Below, piece by piece: positions 11,106-20,448 of a stretch of 64,000 nt of DNA. The position numbers and the translations under genes are program-made. The stretch is from positions 11,643-75,642 of IMG/VR virus record IMGVR_UViG_3300000103_000003; one strand, given 5' to 3'. Each line of letters begins with the position of its first letter. Positions within the stretch are counted from its first letter, which is position 1. Under the pieces are notes generated by a model that had not been told where the DNA came from, did no database searches, and saw only the letters and a program-made list of their open reading frames with translations. The stretch comes from a virus.

Positions 11106-11292
11106 ATTGCATTTTTTGAGCCATGCCAACGTTTATCATTTCTGCATGAAGCCAGTCAGCATCATTTATCATTCGTGCAAGTTCTTCATCGTCTAATTCG
11201 TTTATATTTATGGCTGGAAAATAATACCGGACTAAAATTAATTTTTTCCGTAATATTTCTGTTTCACTTATTCTCCAGCCTTTTATAAATTT
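11104..11292 (-). CDS. -1 frame extension of the tail assembly chaperone (gpGT-like C-terminus)
   Basis: Open frame FIKGWRISETEILRKKL...MAQKMQ with no start of its own; entered through the A_AAT_TTA slippery site. Confidence 0.75.
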   Translation of the reverse strand, partial: KFIKGWRISETEILRKKLILVRYYFPAININELDDEELARMINDADWLHAEMINVGMAQKMQ

Positions 11293-11633
11293 ACAAGAGT
11301 AGATTGACGAGAGCCGATAATAGCGTGTACTTGTGCCATTGTTCCATACAAAAATACAGAATCGTCGTCGATAAGTTCTTTGTCGCCATCCAAGAAACAT
11401 TCCTGTGCCAATACTTTCACAGCTTGCACCGCATCTTTTGCAGACATAGTCATATACTTAGAGAACGCCGGAAGTGCTGGTTGTGCAAAGTACCCTATGT
11501 ACAATTCTTTTTCGTCGCCTTCTTCTCCAAAAACTACAATAGGGAATACCCTACGGCATTTTTTCGCTTCTTTAATTTTCGCTGCTTTTGCTTTAATTTC
11601 TTCTAATTGCTTTAGACTTAATTCTTTTTCCAT
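11283..11633 (-). CDS. Tail assembly chaperone (gpG-like)
   Basis: 116 aa between tail tube and tape measure; ends in a slippery heptamer. Confidence 0.85.
   Translation of the reverse strand: MEKELSLKQLEEIKAKAAKIKEAKKCRRVFPIVVFGEEGDEKELYIGYFAQPALPAFSKYMTMSAKDAVQAVKVLAQECFLDGDKELIDDDSVFLYGTMAQVHAIIGSRQSTLVNL
11286..11292 (-). other. Programmed -1 ribosomal frameshift site A_AAT_TTA
   Basis: In-frame X_XXY_YYZ heptamer directly before the TAA stop. Confidence 0.75.
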
Positions 11634-11670
11634 GTCGTTTTGTGTTTAAAAATTATTAATAATTACTCAT

Positions 11671-11703
11671 TTAAGAATAGGTATTTCCCACATAAAAAGT
11701 TTA
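11671..11703 (-). promoter_or_regulatory. Putative phage late promoter for the chaperone
   Basis: TAAACTTT-N15-CTATTCTTAA downstream of the tube terminator. Confidence 0.7.
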
Positions 11704-11710
11704 TAAAAAT

Positions 11711-11742
11711 AAAAAAGGAGAAGCGTTTTAAACTTCTCCTTT
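11711..11742 (-). terminator. Intrinsic terminator after tail tube
   Basis: AAAGGAGAAG-loop-CTTCTCCTTTTTT on the minus strand. Confidence 0.8.
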
Positions 11743-11750
11743 ATATGATA

Positions 11751-12203
11751 TTAAAGTATCGAACTTGCATCAATCGGCTCAATAGCACCCGGATTCAATG
11801 GAATCTCGGATACAAGGTTTGTGTCGTCTTGATTAGCGTCCAACCCGTCTTCACTAAAAATACACCTACGAAGAGCCGTAGTGATAGTTTTACCATCTTC
11901 TGGGTGATTGTATGCTATAATCAAATCAAACTCACCTAAGCCCTCCAAAGTGCCATCAGGAGACAGCCTCTGTAAAGTAACCTGTGCATTATAATCTAAT
12001 GAGATAGAAGCAGTTGGAGTTATATTACCAAATCCACGTGATTGCGGATGTGCGCCTACACCATAATTCATTTCAATTTTTCTGGAACGGTTCCACTTAA
12101 TCGCTTGAATACCCATGATAGGTTCACCAACAATATTGGAGAACTGAAACTCAATCATAGACCAGTCATAAGCACGACCATTAATAAGAGTTGTATTTGC
12201 CAT
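11751..12203 (-). CDS. Tail tube protein
   Basis: 150 aa, LINGRAYDWSMIE start, RGFGNITPTASISL; follows the sheath. Confidence 0.85.
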   Translation of the reverse strand: MANTTLINGRAYDWSMIEFQFSNIVGEPIMGIQAIKWNRSRKIEMNYGVGAHPQSRGFGNITPTASISLDYNAQVTLQRLSPDGTLEGLGEFDLIIAYNHPEDGKTITTALRRCIFSEDGLDANQDDTNLVSEIPLNPGAIEPIDASSIL

Positions 12204-12216
12204 TTCGTATTAATTA

Positions 12217-13509
12217 TTATCTGGGTGAGCCTAATGCCGCTGTCGCTATTGAAACAGCAAAACCTTCTTCAACCTCAATAAAACTTGCAACCCCTTTAGG
12301 TATTAAGCGATACTGGATTTTCAAGGTGTCAGTTTCCAATAAGTTCTGGTTCGGCGGTATATTTACAACAAATCCTGAAATCTCACCGTTATTCTGCATC
12401 TGTTCCAAAATATTTGTAACAAGTGCTTTGAATACCTTCTGTGTAGCAGTTGACAGCTGACCGTTAGACGGGTCAACATCAATCGGGCTATTCAAACGTG
12501 GCAATAATACCTTACGGATTTCCCTACGAGATTTATCAATAGTACGATTACGATTAATCATTCTGAAGTCTCCAGTAGAACATGTTTGGTCTTTAGAAAC
12601 GAATGTACCATCATAATCAGTAAATTTGCGTGGGAATATATATCCTTTGTCTGATATTTCATCCAGCTGTGCTTCAGCAATAGATTCATAAGGCAAATTG
12701 GAAACAAATTCTCCAGCTGCTATTGTTAAATCACCAAATCCAAATGCAACAGAGTTCATTGCACCACCGATAAGGTTAAATTTACCAACCCATGCTATTG
12801 ATTCGCCTACACCTGCAATAGCAGTTGTTGCTAAAGCTGCTCCAACCCAGCCAACTGATTCATGGTCTGGACGCAATAATTGAATATCTCGAACCAAACG
12901 AGTGTTACCTTGTCCTATAAATACAGATACACGAGGATAATCACCCAACAGTATTGACGGCATTGCAGTCATAGAAGTTGTTACCATATCAGCTTCAATA
13001 CCAGCTGTATTAGCCGACAAGAAAATTGATAATGGCTGGTGTTTATCAGCCAGTGCCTTCCCAATGTTGTTAAGGTCAGGGATAAGGTTGATTGTATAAG
13101 GGTCTCCGGGGATTCCTGTGTCAGTCCACAATTTTTGTGGTGTCCACACAGCTACTTGCCTAATTGCGCCTTGTGCTACACGTTGTAACTGGTGTAATGC
13201 TTCAAAATTAGCAGAACAATCAGAAAACATGATATACAAAGAGCCACTTGGAAATAAACGGAAAAACTCTGAAATATGTAAATGCGGTAATCCTGATTCG
13301 TAAGGGTTATCCGCTGGGTCAGCACTATAAGGTGTAACCCCCAATTCTTCAGCTTGTCTTAATGAAAAAATCTGAAAGACATCATTTAATGACGTAGTTC
13401 CCGGTGCTACGGGAACATCAAATAACAAACCGGAGATATAATCCAGCCCTGCTATTGGTGTCCTTAAATTGCCATCAGTTCTAATAAACGAGACTTTTGG
13501 TAGTGGCAT
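12217..13509 (-). CDS. Contractile tail sheath protein (DUF2586-like)
   Basis: LPKVSFIRTDGNL start; C-terminal NRTIDKSRR...GEISGFVVNI...LIPKGVA...IEVEEGF sheath signature. Confidence 0.9.
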   Translation of the reverse strand: MPLPKVSFIRTDGNLRTPIAGLDYISGLLFDVPVAPGTTSLNDVFQIFSLRQAEELGVTPYSADPADNPYESGLPHLHISEFFRLFPSGSLYIMFSDCSANFEALHQLQRVAQGAIRQVAVWTPQKLWTDTGIPGDPYTINLIPDLNNIGKALADKHQPLSIFLSANTAGIEADMVTTSMTAMPSILLGDYPRVSVFIGQGNTRLVRDIQLLRPDHESVGWVGAALATTAIAGVGESIAWVGKFNLIGGAMNSVAFGFGDLTIAAGEFVSNLPYESIAEAQLDEISDKGYIFPRKFTDYDGTFVSKDQTCSTGDFRMINRNRTIDKSRREIRKVLLPRLNSPIDVDPSNGQLSTATQKVFKALVTNILEQMQNNGEISGFVVNIPPNQNLLETDTLKIQYRLIPKGVASFIEVEEGFAVSIATAALGSPR

Positions 13510-13515
13510 TGTTTT

Positions 13516-13908
13516 TTACTTTTTAAAATAAGGGTTTTTGAATTTTACGGCTTCTGGATTCAACTTGTATTCCTTAGTATAGGTACAACCTTTAGTTGAA
13601 ATCCATAAATATTCGTAATTTGGAAATCTCTTCAAAATAGCATCCGCAGTTTTATTTAATTCTGCTTCAGCTTTGGATACAGGAGTTTCTTCTTTCGGAG
13701 CCTCCGGTGTTTTTGCTTCCGGTTTCTCTTCTACCTTCACTTCCGGTTTCTCTTCGGGCTTAACTTCTTCTACCTTTTCAGGTGTTTCAGTGACAGGAGT
13801 TTCTTCTTTCGGAGCCTCCGGTGTTACTGGTGTTTCTACCTTAGTTTCTTCTTGTGTTGGTACTACTTTTTCTTCTCCTTCTGTTGCTGTTGCTTTTGTA
13901 CGTGCCAT
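13516..13908 (-). CDS. Low-complexity Glu/Pro/Lys/Thr-rich protein with a short folded C-terminus
   Basis: ORF between capsid and sheath; repeated TPEAPKEETPV. Confidence 0.8.
   Translation of the reverse strand: MARTKATATEGEEKVVPTQEETKVETPVTPEAPKEETPVTETPEKVEEVKPEEKPEVKVEEKPEAKTPEAPKEETPVSKAEAELNKTADAILKRFPNYEYLWISTKGCTYTKEYKLNPEAVKFKNPYFKK
13679..13825. repeat. 33-bp direct repeat inside the CDS
   Basis: ACAGGAGTTTCTTCTTTCGGAGCCTCCGGTGTT at 13679-13711 and 13793-13825. Confidence 0.9.
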
Positions 13909-13937
13909 ATTAATTTTTTATTGATGATTTTAATAAC

Positions 13938-13967
13938 AAAAAGGGTGAGGCGTCGCCCCACCCCTTT
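13938..13967 (-). terminator. Intrinsic terminator after the capsid gene
   Basis: GGGTGGGGC-GAC-GCCTCACCC followed by a T-tract. Confidence 0.75.
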
Positions 13968-13999
13968 CAAAAATATATTCTAAACAACAAAACAGGTTA

Positions 14000-15001
14000 T
14001 TAGCTGTAAGCTGTCCAAACGATAATATCTCCCGGCAATACGATATTTACGTCCATCTTCATTCTCATTTGGAAGAAGTACAACTCGGAGTTGTTCTGAA
14101 GTTGGTCGATACGTACTACGTTTTCATCGTTTGCATAGTCAACACCCATCCACAAGTTAGAATCACGACCAGTCGTGAAGTTACCAAGAACGATTGTTTG
14201 AGGAGGAACGCCTACTATCGGAATTACACGCTTACCTTTGAATTTGTAAGTGTTAATTTGTGTGTTATCGGTATATTTGAAACCCTGTGAGGTCAAATAC
14301 TTGTCATATAAATCCCACAATTCCCAATCCATTACATAAGTAATGTCGCGATTACGCAAACGAGCCGGAGTTGAGTGCCACATAGCATAAAGAGCAGATT
14401 CTACATCTGCACCAGTAGTCATCGGAGCAGTTCCAGCTACAATAGCTGTATCACCCGGAACAGCAGCGTTTATATTGTCAATAAGACGCTTCATAACACC
14501 ATCATAGTACTTAAATGTACCTGTACCCATTTGAGGTGCGCCAGCAGGAGGAGTAATACCTCCAGCACCACCACCCTTAGTGGACTGCCAGATAGCTGTA
14601 CCGATGTGTTCGTTTTTCTTTTCCATCAACTGACGAAGCATTTTCGCCTGAAGAGCAGGGTCTAATTCCCTGAATACCAAATTGCCTTCGGGTTGCCACT
14701 GTTTCCAATATACTTCAAAATCACGAGGATTAAATTCCAAGTAAACCATGAAGTCTTGTGGTTCCAGATAACGTTCTGTGAATGAATACTGACCTTTAGA
14801 ATCAGTCGGGCTAACCGGAGTAGGAATATTGTCCTGAATTATTTCATCCAGTTCAATACGAGGAATGACATACTTAAACTGAATACCAGATTTCACATAA
14901 ATCAATCCCTGACGATAAGTGTCATTACCTTGCACGGTATACGCTAACAGGTCATCAAGAACCTCACCGGCATAGGTATTTTGTAAAAATTGTACTGACA
15001 T
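14000..15001 (-). CDS. Major capsid protein
   Basis: 333 aa directly after protease/scaffold; NTYAGEVL start and ELYFFQMRMKMDVNIVLP end. Confidence 0.85.
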   Translation of the reverse strand: MSVQFLQNTYAGEVLDDLLAYTVQGNDTYRQGLIYVKSGIQFKYVIPRIELDEIIQDNIPTPVSPTDSKGQYSFTERYLEPQDFMVYLEFNPRDFEVYWKQWQPEGNLVFRELDPALQAKMLRQLMEKKNEHIGTAIWQSTKGGGAGGITPPAGAPQMGTGTFKYYDGVMKRLIDNINAAVPGDTAIVAGTAPMTTGADVESALYAMWHSTPARLRNRDITYVMDWELWDLYDKYLTSQGFKYTDNTQINTYKFKGKRVIPIVGVPPQTIVLGNFTTGRDSNLWMGVDYANDENVVRIDQLQNNSELYFFQMRMKMDVNIVLPGDIIVWTAYS

Positions 15002-15007
15002 TGTTTA

Positions 15008-15544
15008 TTAAATTTTATTGAATTTGAAATTATCACCAACAACCGCTTTCACTTTTGCAGCTGCTTCTTCGACTGAAGTCTCCTTTTTTGCCTGAAGGTT
15101 TGCAGGGTTGTTTTCAATCTTTGCAGAAATTTTTTCCGGGGCTGGGATAGATTCCAATGTAGCCTGTACATGTTCGTAGTTTGTACGTGCCATAGTTACC
15201 CACGATTCTTTACTTTCCGCTTTGATTTTCTTCGCATCAATCGCTCCCTGAACCAGAGTTTCGATTGCATTTTCTTTAGCAGATGCTTCCGCTGCTTCAA
15301 ACACACTAAGTTTTTCCTTAGCTGCATTTAATTCGGCAGTTGCATTTTCCAGTGCTGTAATGTTACCAGTGTTAGTGATAACCAGCGCATCATACTTCGC
15401 TGTTACTGCTGTGACTTCAGCCGAAACTCTTTCAAAGTCTCCCTTTACCTTGACTAATCCCGGCAAAGCAGCGATAACGTCCTCAATTTTAGCATCAGCT
15501 TTCAGCCCTAAGTGCGCTGAAATAATACCAAGTTCTTTTTCCAT
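15008..15544 (-). CDS. Putative nested in-frame scaffolding protein (MEKELG..., 178 aa)
   Basis: Internal ATG with an A-rich initiation region and a complete late-promoter motif about 62 nt upstream. Confidence 0.6.
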   Translation of the reverse strand: MEKELGIISAHLGLKADAKIEDVIAALPGLVKVKGDFERVSAEVTAVTAKYDALVITNTGNITALENATAELNAAKEKLSVFEAAEASAKENAIETLVQGAIDAKKIKAESKESWVTMARTNYEHVQATLESIPAPEKISAKIENNPANLQAKKETSVEEAAAKVKAVVGDNFKFNKI

Positions 15545-16315
15545 CGTTACTGTCTTTAAATTATTGTGATTATTATTAACTTCAGCTTTCGGCTGATTCT
15601 CTTGTTTAAGAATAGCGTTTTTACCAGATGATTGTTTAAATTCATCTATCTCGGCTAACACCTTATCAAATAAAATTCGAGTTTCTTTCGCATCCGCTGA
15701 TGCTTCAATCTCTACACCATTAGAAACAATAGCTGCTTCTTGCTTTTTAGTCTTGATTACATTTTTTGCAGGGATAATGTTTTTTGCAACAACATCATTC
15801 GCCTTCATATATGTACCATCAACACCCTCGGCTCCAGCCATAATCGCTTCAACTTCATCTTCTGTAAAACCCCAACGATTAGTATAAATCACTGACATCA
15901 TTGATTTAAACGCATCAATTTGCGCTTTCTCGTCTGCCGTTAATTCATCCTCAATTTTAGGATTAAATGGGTTATGTACCATTAATATGGAATAGTCGGT
16001 CATTTTGGATTCTTTACCAGCCGCCCATATAATGCTTCCCATAGATGCACACAAACCAACATTAACACAAGTCGTTGGAATAGGGCAATTCGCTATAACA
16101 GCGTATGTACTCATTCCATATAATACCGACCCACCTTCACTATTAATCTGTATTTCAATCGAAGAAGGTTGTATATAATCCTGAATGTACAAAAACTCAT
16201 AATTGAACTCTGCACAATTCCATTGATTTACACCTCCAAAAAATCGAACCACGGCTGGCTTACCTCTTTCGACTGAACCAACAACATGTTTAAAATTCTT
16301 AATTTCTTCCATCAT
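15008..16315 (-). CDS. ClpP-type prohead protease fused to a scaffolding domain
   Basis: INSEGGSV, CASMGS (catalytic Ser) and MVHNP (His) motifs; coiled-coil C-terminal half. Confidence 0.9.
   Translation of the reverse strand: MMEEIKNFKHVVGSVERGKPAVVRFFGGVNQWNCAEFNYEFLYIQDYIQPSSIEIQINSEGGSVLYGMSTYAVIANCPIPTTCVNVGLCASMGSIIWAAGKESKMTDYSILMVHNPFNPKIEDELTADEKAQIDAFKSMMSVIYTNRWGFTEDEVEAIMAGAEGVDGTYMKANDVVAKNIIPAKNVIKTKKQEAAIVSNGVEIEASADAKETRILFDKVLAEIDEFKQSSGKNAILKQENQPKAEVNNNHNNLKTVTMEKELGIISAHLGLKADAKIEDVIAALPGLVKVKGDFERVSAEVTAVTAKYDALVITNTGNITALENATAELNAAKEKLSVFEAAEASAKENAIETLVQGAIDAKKIKAESKESWVTMARTNYEHVQATLESIPAPEKISAKIENNPANLQAKKETSVEEAAAKVKAVVGDNFKFNKI
15606..15638 (-). promoter_or_regulatory. 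Putative internal late promoter (scaffold plus capsid)
   Basis: TAAACAAT-N15-CTATTCTTAA inside the protease gene. Confidence 0.65.
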
Positions 16316-16324
16316 ATATAATTA

Positions 16325-17089
16325 TTATTCGTCTCTCCATAATCCTTCTGGGTTCCACAAACCAACGATATTATAATATCCCCATTGCAATAATGGAGGC
16401 GCATAAAAACCTGAAACTTCCTCCCATGTGGGTTCTGTTACATCTGGCTTATTAAAATGCGGACTATCGCTATAATTTGTAAATTGCGGAAATATAATGT
16501 ACTTCCGAATCCAGTTCCTATACTGATAAGATTCATCCTCTCTAAAATATAATTCATAATCAATCCAGAATGGCTGAAGTTCCTCACATGATTGAGGCAT
16601 ATCCCAATACATCAGATTACATCTTTCAGACAAAGACTTTTCATAATCTCTTGCGTCTTGAATAGCATTATTGATTCTATGAAAAACCTCAAATGGTTCT
16701 ATTTCCATATCATCATCCTGATTATTGACATTATCGAGTATATAACGAATACGCATTTGCGCACGTCCTTCATTGGTTCTGTTCTGGTCTACCAAATATC
16801 GAACATTTATAAACCGAATAAAAACAGCCGGAAAAGCATATTGATATTCTGTATTACCTTGTTCTGATATAATTCTTTCGTATTGTCCGGTATCCATTTT
16901 CACCGTCTTAAATAACGGCTCGAATTTAGGGTCTCCATACAAAGCACCATTTGGATTCTTTGGTATCCTTCTTATAATTCTACGAATTGACTGATAGGCT
17001 TGTGATAAAGACATATCACCAAGAACACCGTTCTCGGCAATTAGTTTTTCAATCTTTGCTCTATCGACATAATTTTCAGCTACACTCAT
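16325..17089 (-). CDS. Neck / tail-completion protein (Mu gp37-like)
   Basis: VKMDTGQ...FPAVFIRF motif; position in a Mu-like head cluster. Confidence 0.6.
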   Translation of the reverse strand: MSVAENYVDRAKIEKLIAENGVLGDMSLSQAYQSIRRIIRRIPKNPNGALYGDPKFEPLFKTVKMDTGQYERIISEQGNTEYQYAFPAVFIRFINVRYLVDQNRTNEGRAQMRIRYILDNVNNQDDDMEIEPFEVFHRINNAIQDARDYEKSLSERCNLMYWDMPQSCEELQPFWIDYELYFREDESYQYRNWIRKYIIFPQFTNYSDSPHFNKPDVTEPTWEEVSGFYAPPLLQWGYYNIVGLWNPEGLWRDE

Positions 17090-17092
17090 TTC

Positions 17093-17596
17093 TTATTTCG
17101 TTACTCTGTATAATAGTTTTACCAATTCTCTTAATCTTCTATTTACAAACCGATTTATTTCCGACGAAGGTCTCATAAACGGTCTTGGAGTAATTAATAA
17201 ACTGGTGTTTTGATTTCGTTTCCACGGACGCTCCCAATCTGAATATGTAACATTGGGTGTGTCAGCTGGTTTAGAATTAGGGTCATTATGATATTTACCA
17301 TACCATACTGGATTTCTAATAATTACACTATCACCAACAATTTGTTTCCAGAATGATGATTTAAGCCTTCCAGTTTTATTCATCATCGCCCACGGATAAG
17401 CCTTTAAACGAGGTTTCCATGTTCTACCTCCAGAGCCAGATACTTTTTGTGCGTTAAATGAATTTTCAAATAACTTTATCGCCATGTCGCCAGCGTCTTC
17501 TTTAAGTTTGAACAGTCCAGCCTCAAATTTAAGAGGAGCCTGTTCACACATCTTTAAAAATTGTGCTGGTGTTATTATCCTAATTCCTGCTGCCAT
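17093..17596 (-). CDS. Virion morphogenesis protein (Mu gpG-like)
   Basis: Basic protein; WKPR...MNKTGRLKSSF...YHN...PRPFM motifs. Confidence 0.8.
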   Translation of the reverse strand: MAAGIRIITPAQFLKMCEQAPLKFEAGLFKLKEDAGDMAIKLFENSFNAQKVSGSGGRTWKPRLKAYPWAMMNKTGRLKSSFWKQIVGDSVIIRNPVWYGKYHNDPNSKPADTPNVTYSDWERPWKRNQNTSLLITPRPFMRPSSEINRFVNRRLRELVKLLYRVTK

Positions 17597-17597
17597 C

Positions 17598-18458
17598 TTA
17601 ATTTAATATTTGCAGTCCTGTATCTTTTTTAATCTGTGAAAAAATTCCACCGATTATTCCCCACATGTGTGCCGGAATATTAAAATAAGGATGTGTATTA
17701 CCAAAAATTTGACCGCCATTCCACGGCGACACAGTAAATATAGGATTCACCATTCTTTCAGCATACGATAAAGCGTCTGCCGGGGTTTGTGATAACAAAT
17801 AAGTATCATCAGAAACATCCAAATAACAGCGGCACGCCCAATCTATTGGAGGTATAAGCCATCTCGGAAACTCTGATTTAAGATATGATATACCATGCAA
17901 AGGACGATGTGATTCACGTACACGTTCGTCGCCTTGTGTATAGTATGTAATTACTGGGTTGTTAATAACACCTCCCCAGCCTAATGCCATTGCCATTGCA
18001 AAATACGCATCTGCGTCTTCTACATTAGCATAAACATTATTTTGTAAATTAATATTGCCTACAAATGCGTCTTCAAATTCTGCATCATCCAGTTCCGAAG
18101 CTATATCATCCAGTTTTTGAAATAACTGAAATTGTGAAGCTATTCCGAATGATAAAAGATTATCTAAAACACTGACTAACATTGCTCTTTCTTGCATTTC
18201 ATCGTATGTTAGCATAGCAACTTCTTGATTATTAAGGTATTTAATCGTTTCTTTTAACGACTTACCATAACCTTGAAAGCCAGCATTAGCCACACCAAAT
18301 GCACGAAGTTTCATAATTTCCATCCGAACCACATAAGGAACATCGCGTCTCTTGAAGTCTTCGAGTAATGTCATCAGCAAACTAAGAAGAATTGCATAAT
18401 TATCCTTAGTTTGCTCATTTATATTTGCTTCCTGTCTTGTGTCTGGCTGAATAAGCAT
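17598..18458 (-). CDS. Phage minor head protein (Mu gpF/gp30-like)
   Basis: YYTQGDERVRESH..LHG...PPIDWACRC motif. Confidence 0.9.
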   Translation of the reverse strand: MLIQPDTRQEANINEQTKDNYAILLSLLMTLLEDFKRRDVPYVVRMEIMKLRAFGVANAGFQGYGKSLKETIKYLNNQEVAMLTYDEMQERAMLVSVLDNLLSFGIASQFQLFQKLDDIASELDDAEFEDAFVGNINLQNNVYANVEDADAYFAMAMALGWGGVINNPVITYYTQGDERVRESHRPLHGISYLKSEFPRWLIPPIDWACRCYLDVSDDTYLLSQTPADALSYAERMVNPIFTVSPWNGGQIFGNTHPYFNIPAHMWGIIGGIFSQIKKDTGLQILN

Positions 18459-19825
18459 TATTCTTCTGTTTGAGTTGTTTTACCTTCTCCAGCATCTGCT
18501 TTTTCTGTTCTACTACCAGCACTTCCAGCTCCGGTTGAACCATCATTTACATATTGATTCCCCCAAGCCATGCCATCTTTATTAGACATAGCATCTGCCA
18601 TTGCTTTATTTTTCGCTACTTCAGATTTAGCTTTTGCAAAATTCATCTGGTCTCCAACTTGAATACCAAATGCTCTGTCTATTTCTTCTGGAGAAACCTC
18701 ATAGCTTTGAATCATTACATCGTACAGCTTAATCTTATTGTCTGGAGACATCTCCGCACGATTAGCGTACTTAAATTCAAGGTTTGATTTCGTGATAAAA
18801 CCCATTTGTTTTAGTCTGGGTAGTACTTGTTCATTCATCACGTCTTCAATAAAAGAGCGATAAACTTCTATACGGTCACGATATATTTCTTGATGTGCTG
18901 AAGTTGAACCAACATAACTTTGTGTTTCTCCAGCTAAAGATTCAGACCCTAAAATAAGATTTGAAACCTCTTTATTAGCCATTTCTACCAACGTCGTATA
19001 AATACGTTCCGAATTTGACGTTGTAATAGCCTTAATTTCGATTGAATCATCTGGAGGGGTTACAAGTACCCTGCGGCTTGCTGCGTCCGCTATTTGACGC
19101 GCTAATTTGTTTTTAGCGTCATTTGAATCATCATTAGTCTTCCCGTGTATAATAGGAACCGCATACGTGTGTGCGAAATTAATAAAATTAGCCCATGTAA
19201 ATTTCTTTGCCAGCACTAACGGTGTAGTTGCCGCAAATAAGCCAATATCCTCGCAGTTTATCAATATGTAATTGTCCTGATACGGAAATCTGGAAATATC
19301 CCAGTATTTTGATACATCTCCCTGACGCTCCAGAATGATTTCTTGGTCTGGGAGAATATTTCTACGCTCTATAACATTTATCTCCTTCAATCGACCAGTT
19401 ACCGGGTCAACCTCCGGGTTTAATTCAAATCCAGTATAACCAAAAAGTTTTGCTTCAGCAATACCTTTAATAAGTTTTCCGAACTGAATACCCTGAATTT
19501 TCTGGGATTCTTCAAAATCCTTTTTGTATATTCCTCCCTCAACAGGATAAGCAAGCATATACCGCTCTCCTACAATCTGGGAAAATAATGTCTCTAAACA
19601 TCCACGCAAATGTGCATCCTGTTGTAAGCACGCCTCATAAAGATTTATCAGTCCTGAACGGTCATCCAATATGGATAATTGTAAAGCCGTATCCGACCGC
19701 ATCGTTTTGTAGCGGTTATGACGCTCTATCTCCAAAATATAATTCTGGATAGTGCGTTTGCTTGTCCGAAAGATAGCATGTAGCATATCTACGGGGATTG
19801 TTCCATTTGTGATTTCTTTTGACAT
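18458..19825 (-). CDS. Portal protein (Mu gp29 / DUF935-like)
   Basis: DAHLRGCL, FAHTYAVPIIHGK, NKEVSNLILG and SAHQEI motifs. Confidence 0.9.
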   Translation of the reverse strand: MSKEITNGTIPVDMLHAIFRTSKRTIQNYILEIERHNRYKTMRSDTALQLSILDDRSGLINLYEACLQQDAHLRGCLETLFSQIVGERYMLAYPVEGGIYKKDFEESQKIQGIQFGKLIKGIAEAKLFGYTGFELNPEVDPVTGRLKEINVIERRNILPDQEIILERQGDVSKYWDISRFPYQDNYILINCEDIGLFAATTPLVLAKKFTWANFINFAHTYAVPIIHGKTNDDSNDAKNKLARQIADAASRRVLVTPPDDSIEIKAITTSNSERIYTTLVEMANKEVSNLILGSESLAGETQSYVGSTSAHQEIYRDRIEVYRSFIEDVMNEQVLPRLKQMGFITKSNLEFKYANRAEMSPDNKIKLYDVMIQSYEVSPEEIDRAFGIQVGDQMNFAKAKSEVAKNKAMADAMSNKDGMAWGNQYVNDGSTGAGSAGSRTEKADAGEGKTTQTEE

Positions 19826-19848
19826 GTCTGTTTTGAAATTGGGTACAT

Positions 19849-19882
19849 TGAAGAATAGCTATTTTCGACATACGAAAGTTTG
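19849..19882 (-). promoter_or_regulatory. Putative phage late promoter for the portal operon
   Basis: CAAACTTT-N16-CTATTCTTCA, about 24 nt upstream of the portal ATG. Confidence 0.7.
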
Positions 19883-20448
19883 ATTTTCGGTCGGCGGCGA
19901 GGTGTGAAGTTTTTCAAAAATCCCTCGCGTGTATATACATTATATTTATTAGAGATACTTTCCAGTAAAAAAAAGAAAAAATTTCCCTACTCGAAAGATA
20001 AGAAAAAGGAGAGAGGCTTCGCCTCGAAACTTTTTTGTTCTTTCGCTTTGAAAATAAACTCTTTTAAAAACGGAAAGGAAAAAGTCCAGAAAAAACGCAA
20101 GTTTTTTTTGGTATCTTTTTTCTTGGGGGTCAATAGGGGGTTTACCCCCTGTTTTAGAATTTTTAATCTTTATATTTATTAAACCTAAAATTATATTTAG
20201 ATAAACACGATAAGTGAGGGGGAGTACCCCCTTCACGAACCCCAAGACCCTCCTAAAAAGGTTCCCGTGACATCGGGGAAACCTCGTACAATACCTAATA
20301 GTCGATTTTAACAATTAGAAGTTTAAAAATATGTGTTAAACTTTGTTAAATCGCCCTTACAGATACCTGTGGAGCCGTTTTTTTGTGATTTTTGTCATTA
20401 ACATTTATTAACGCGTTCTGGGGCTTGTAGGGCACTTTTGCCTGTTTT

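Noticed and set aside
3969-18787. Short plus-strand ORFs across the structural cluster
   Set aside because: All are antisense to well-supported virion genes and have no promoter or initiation context.
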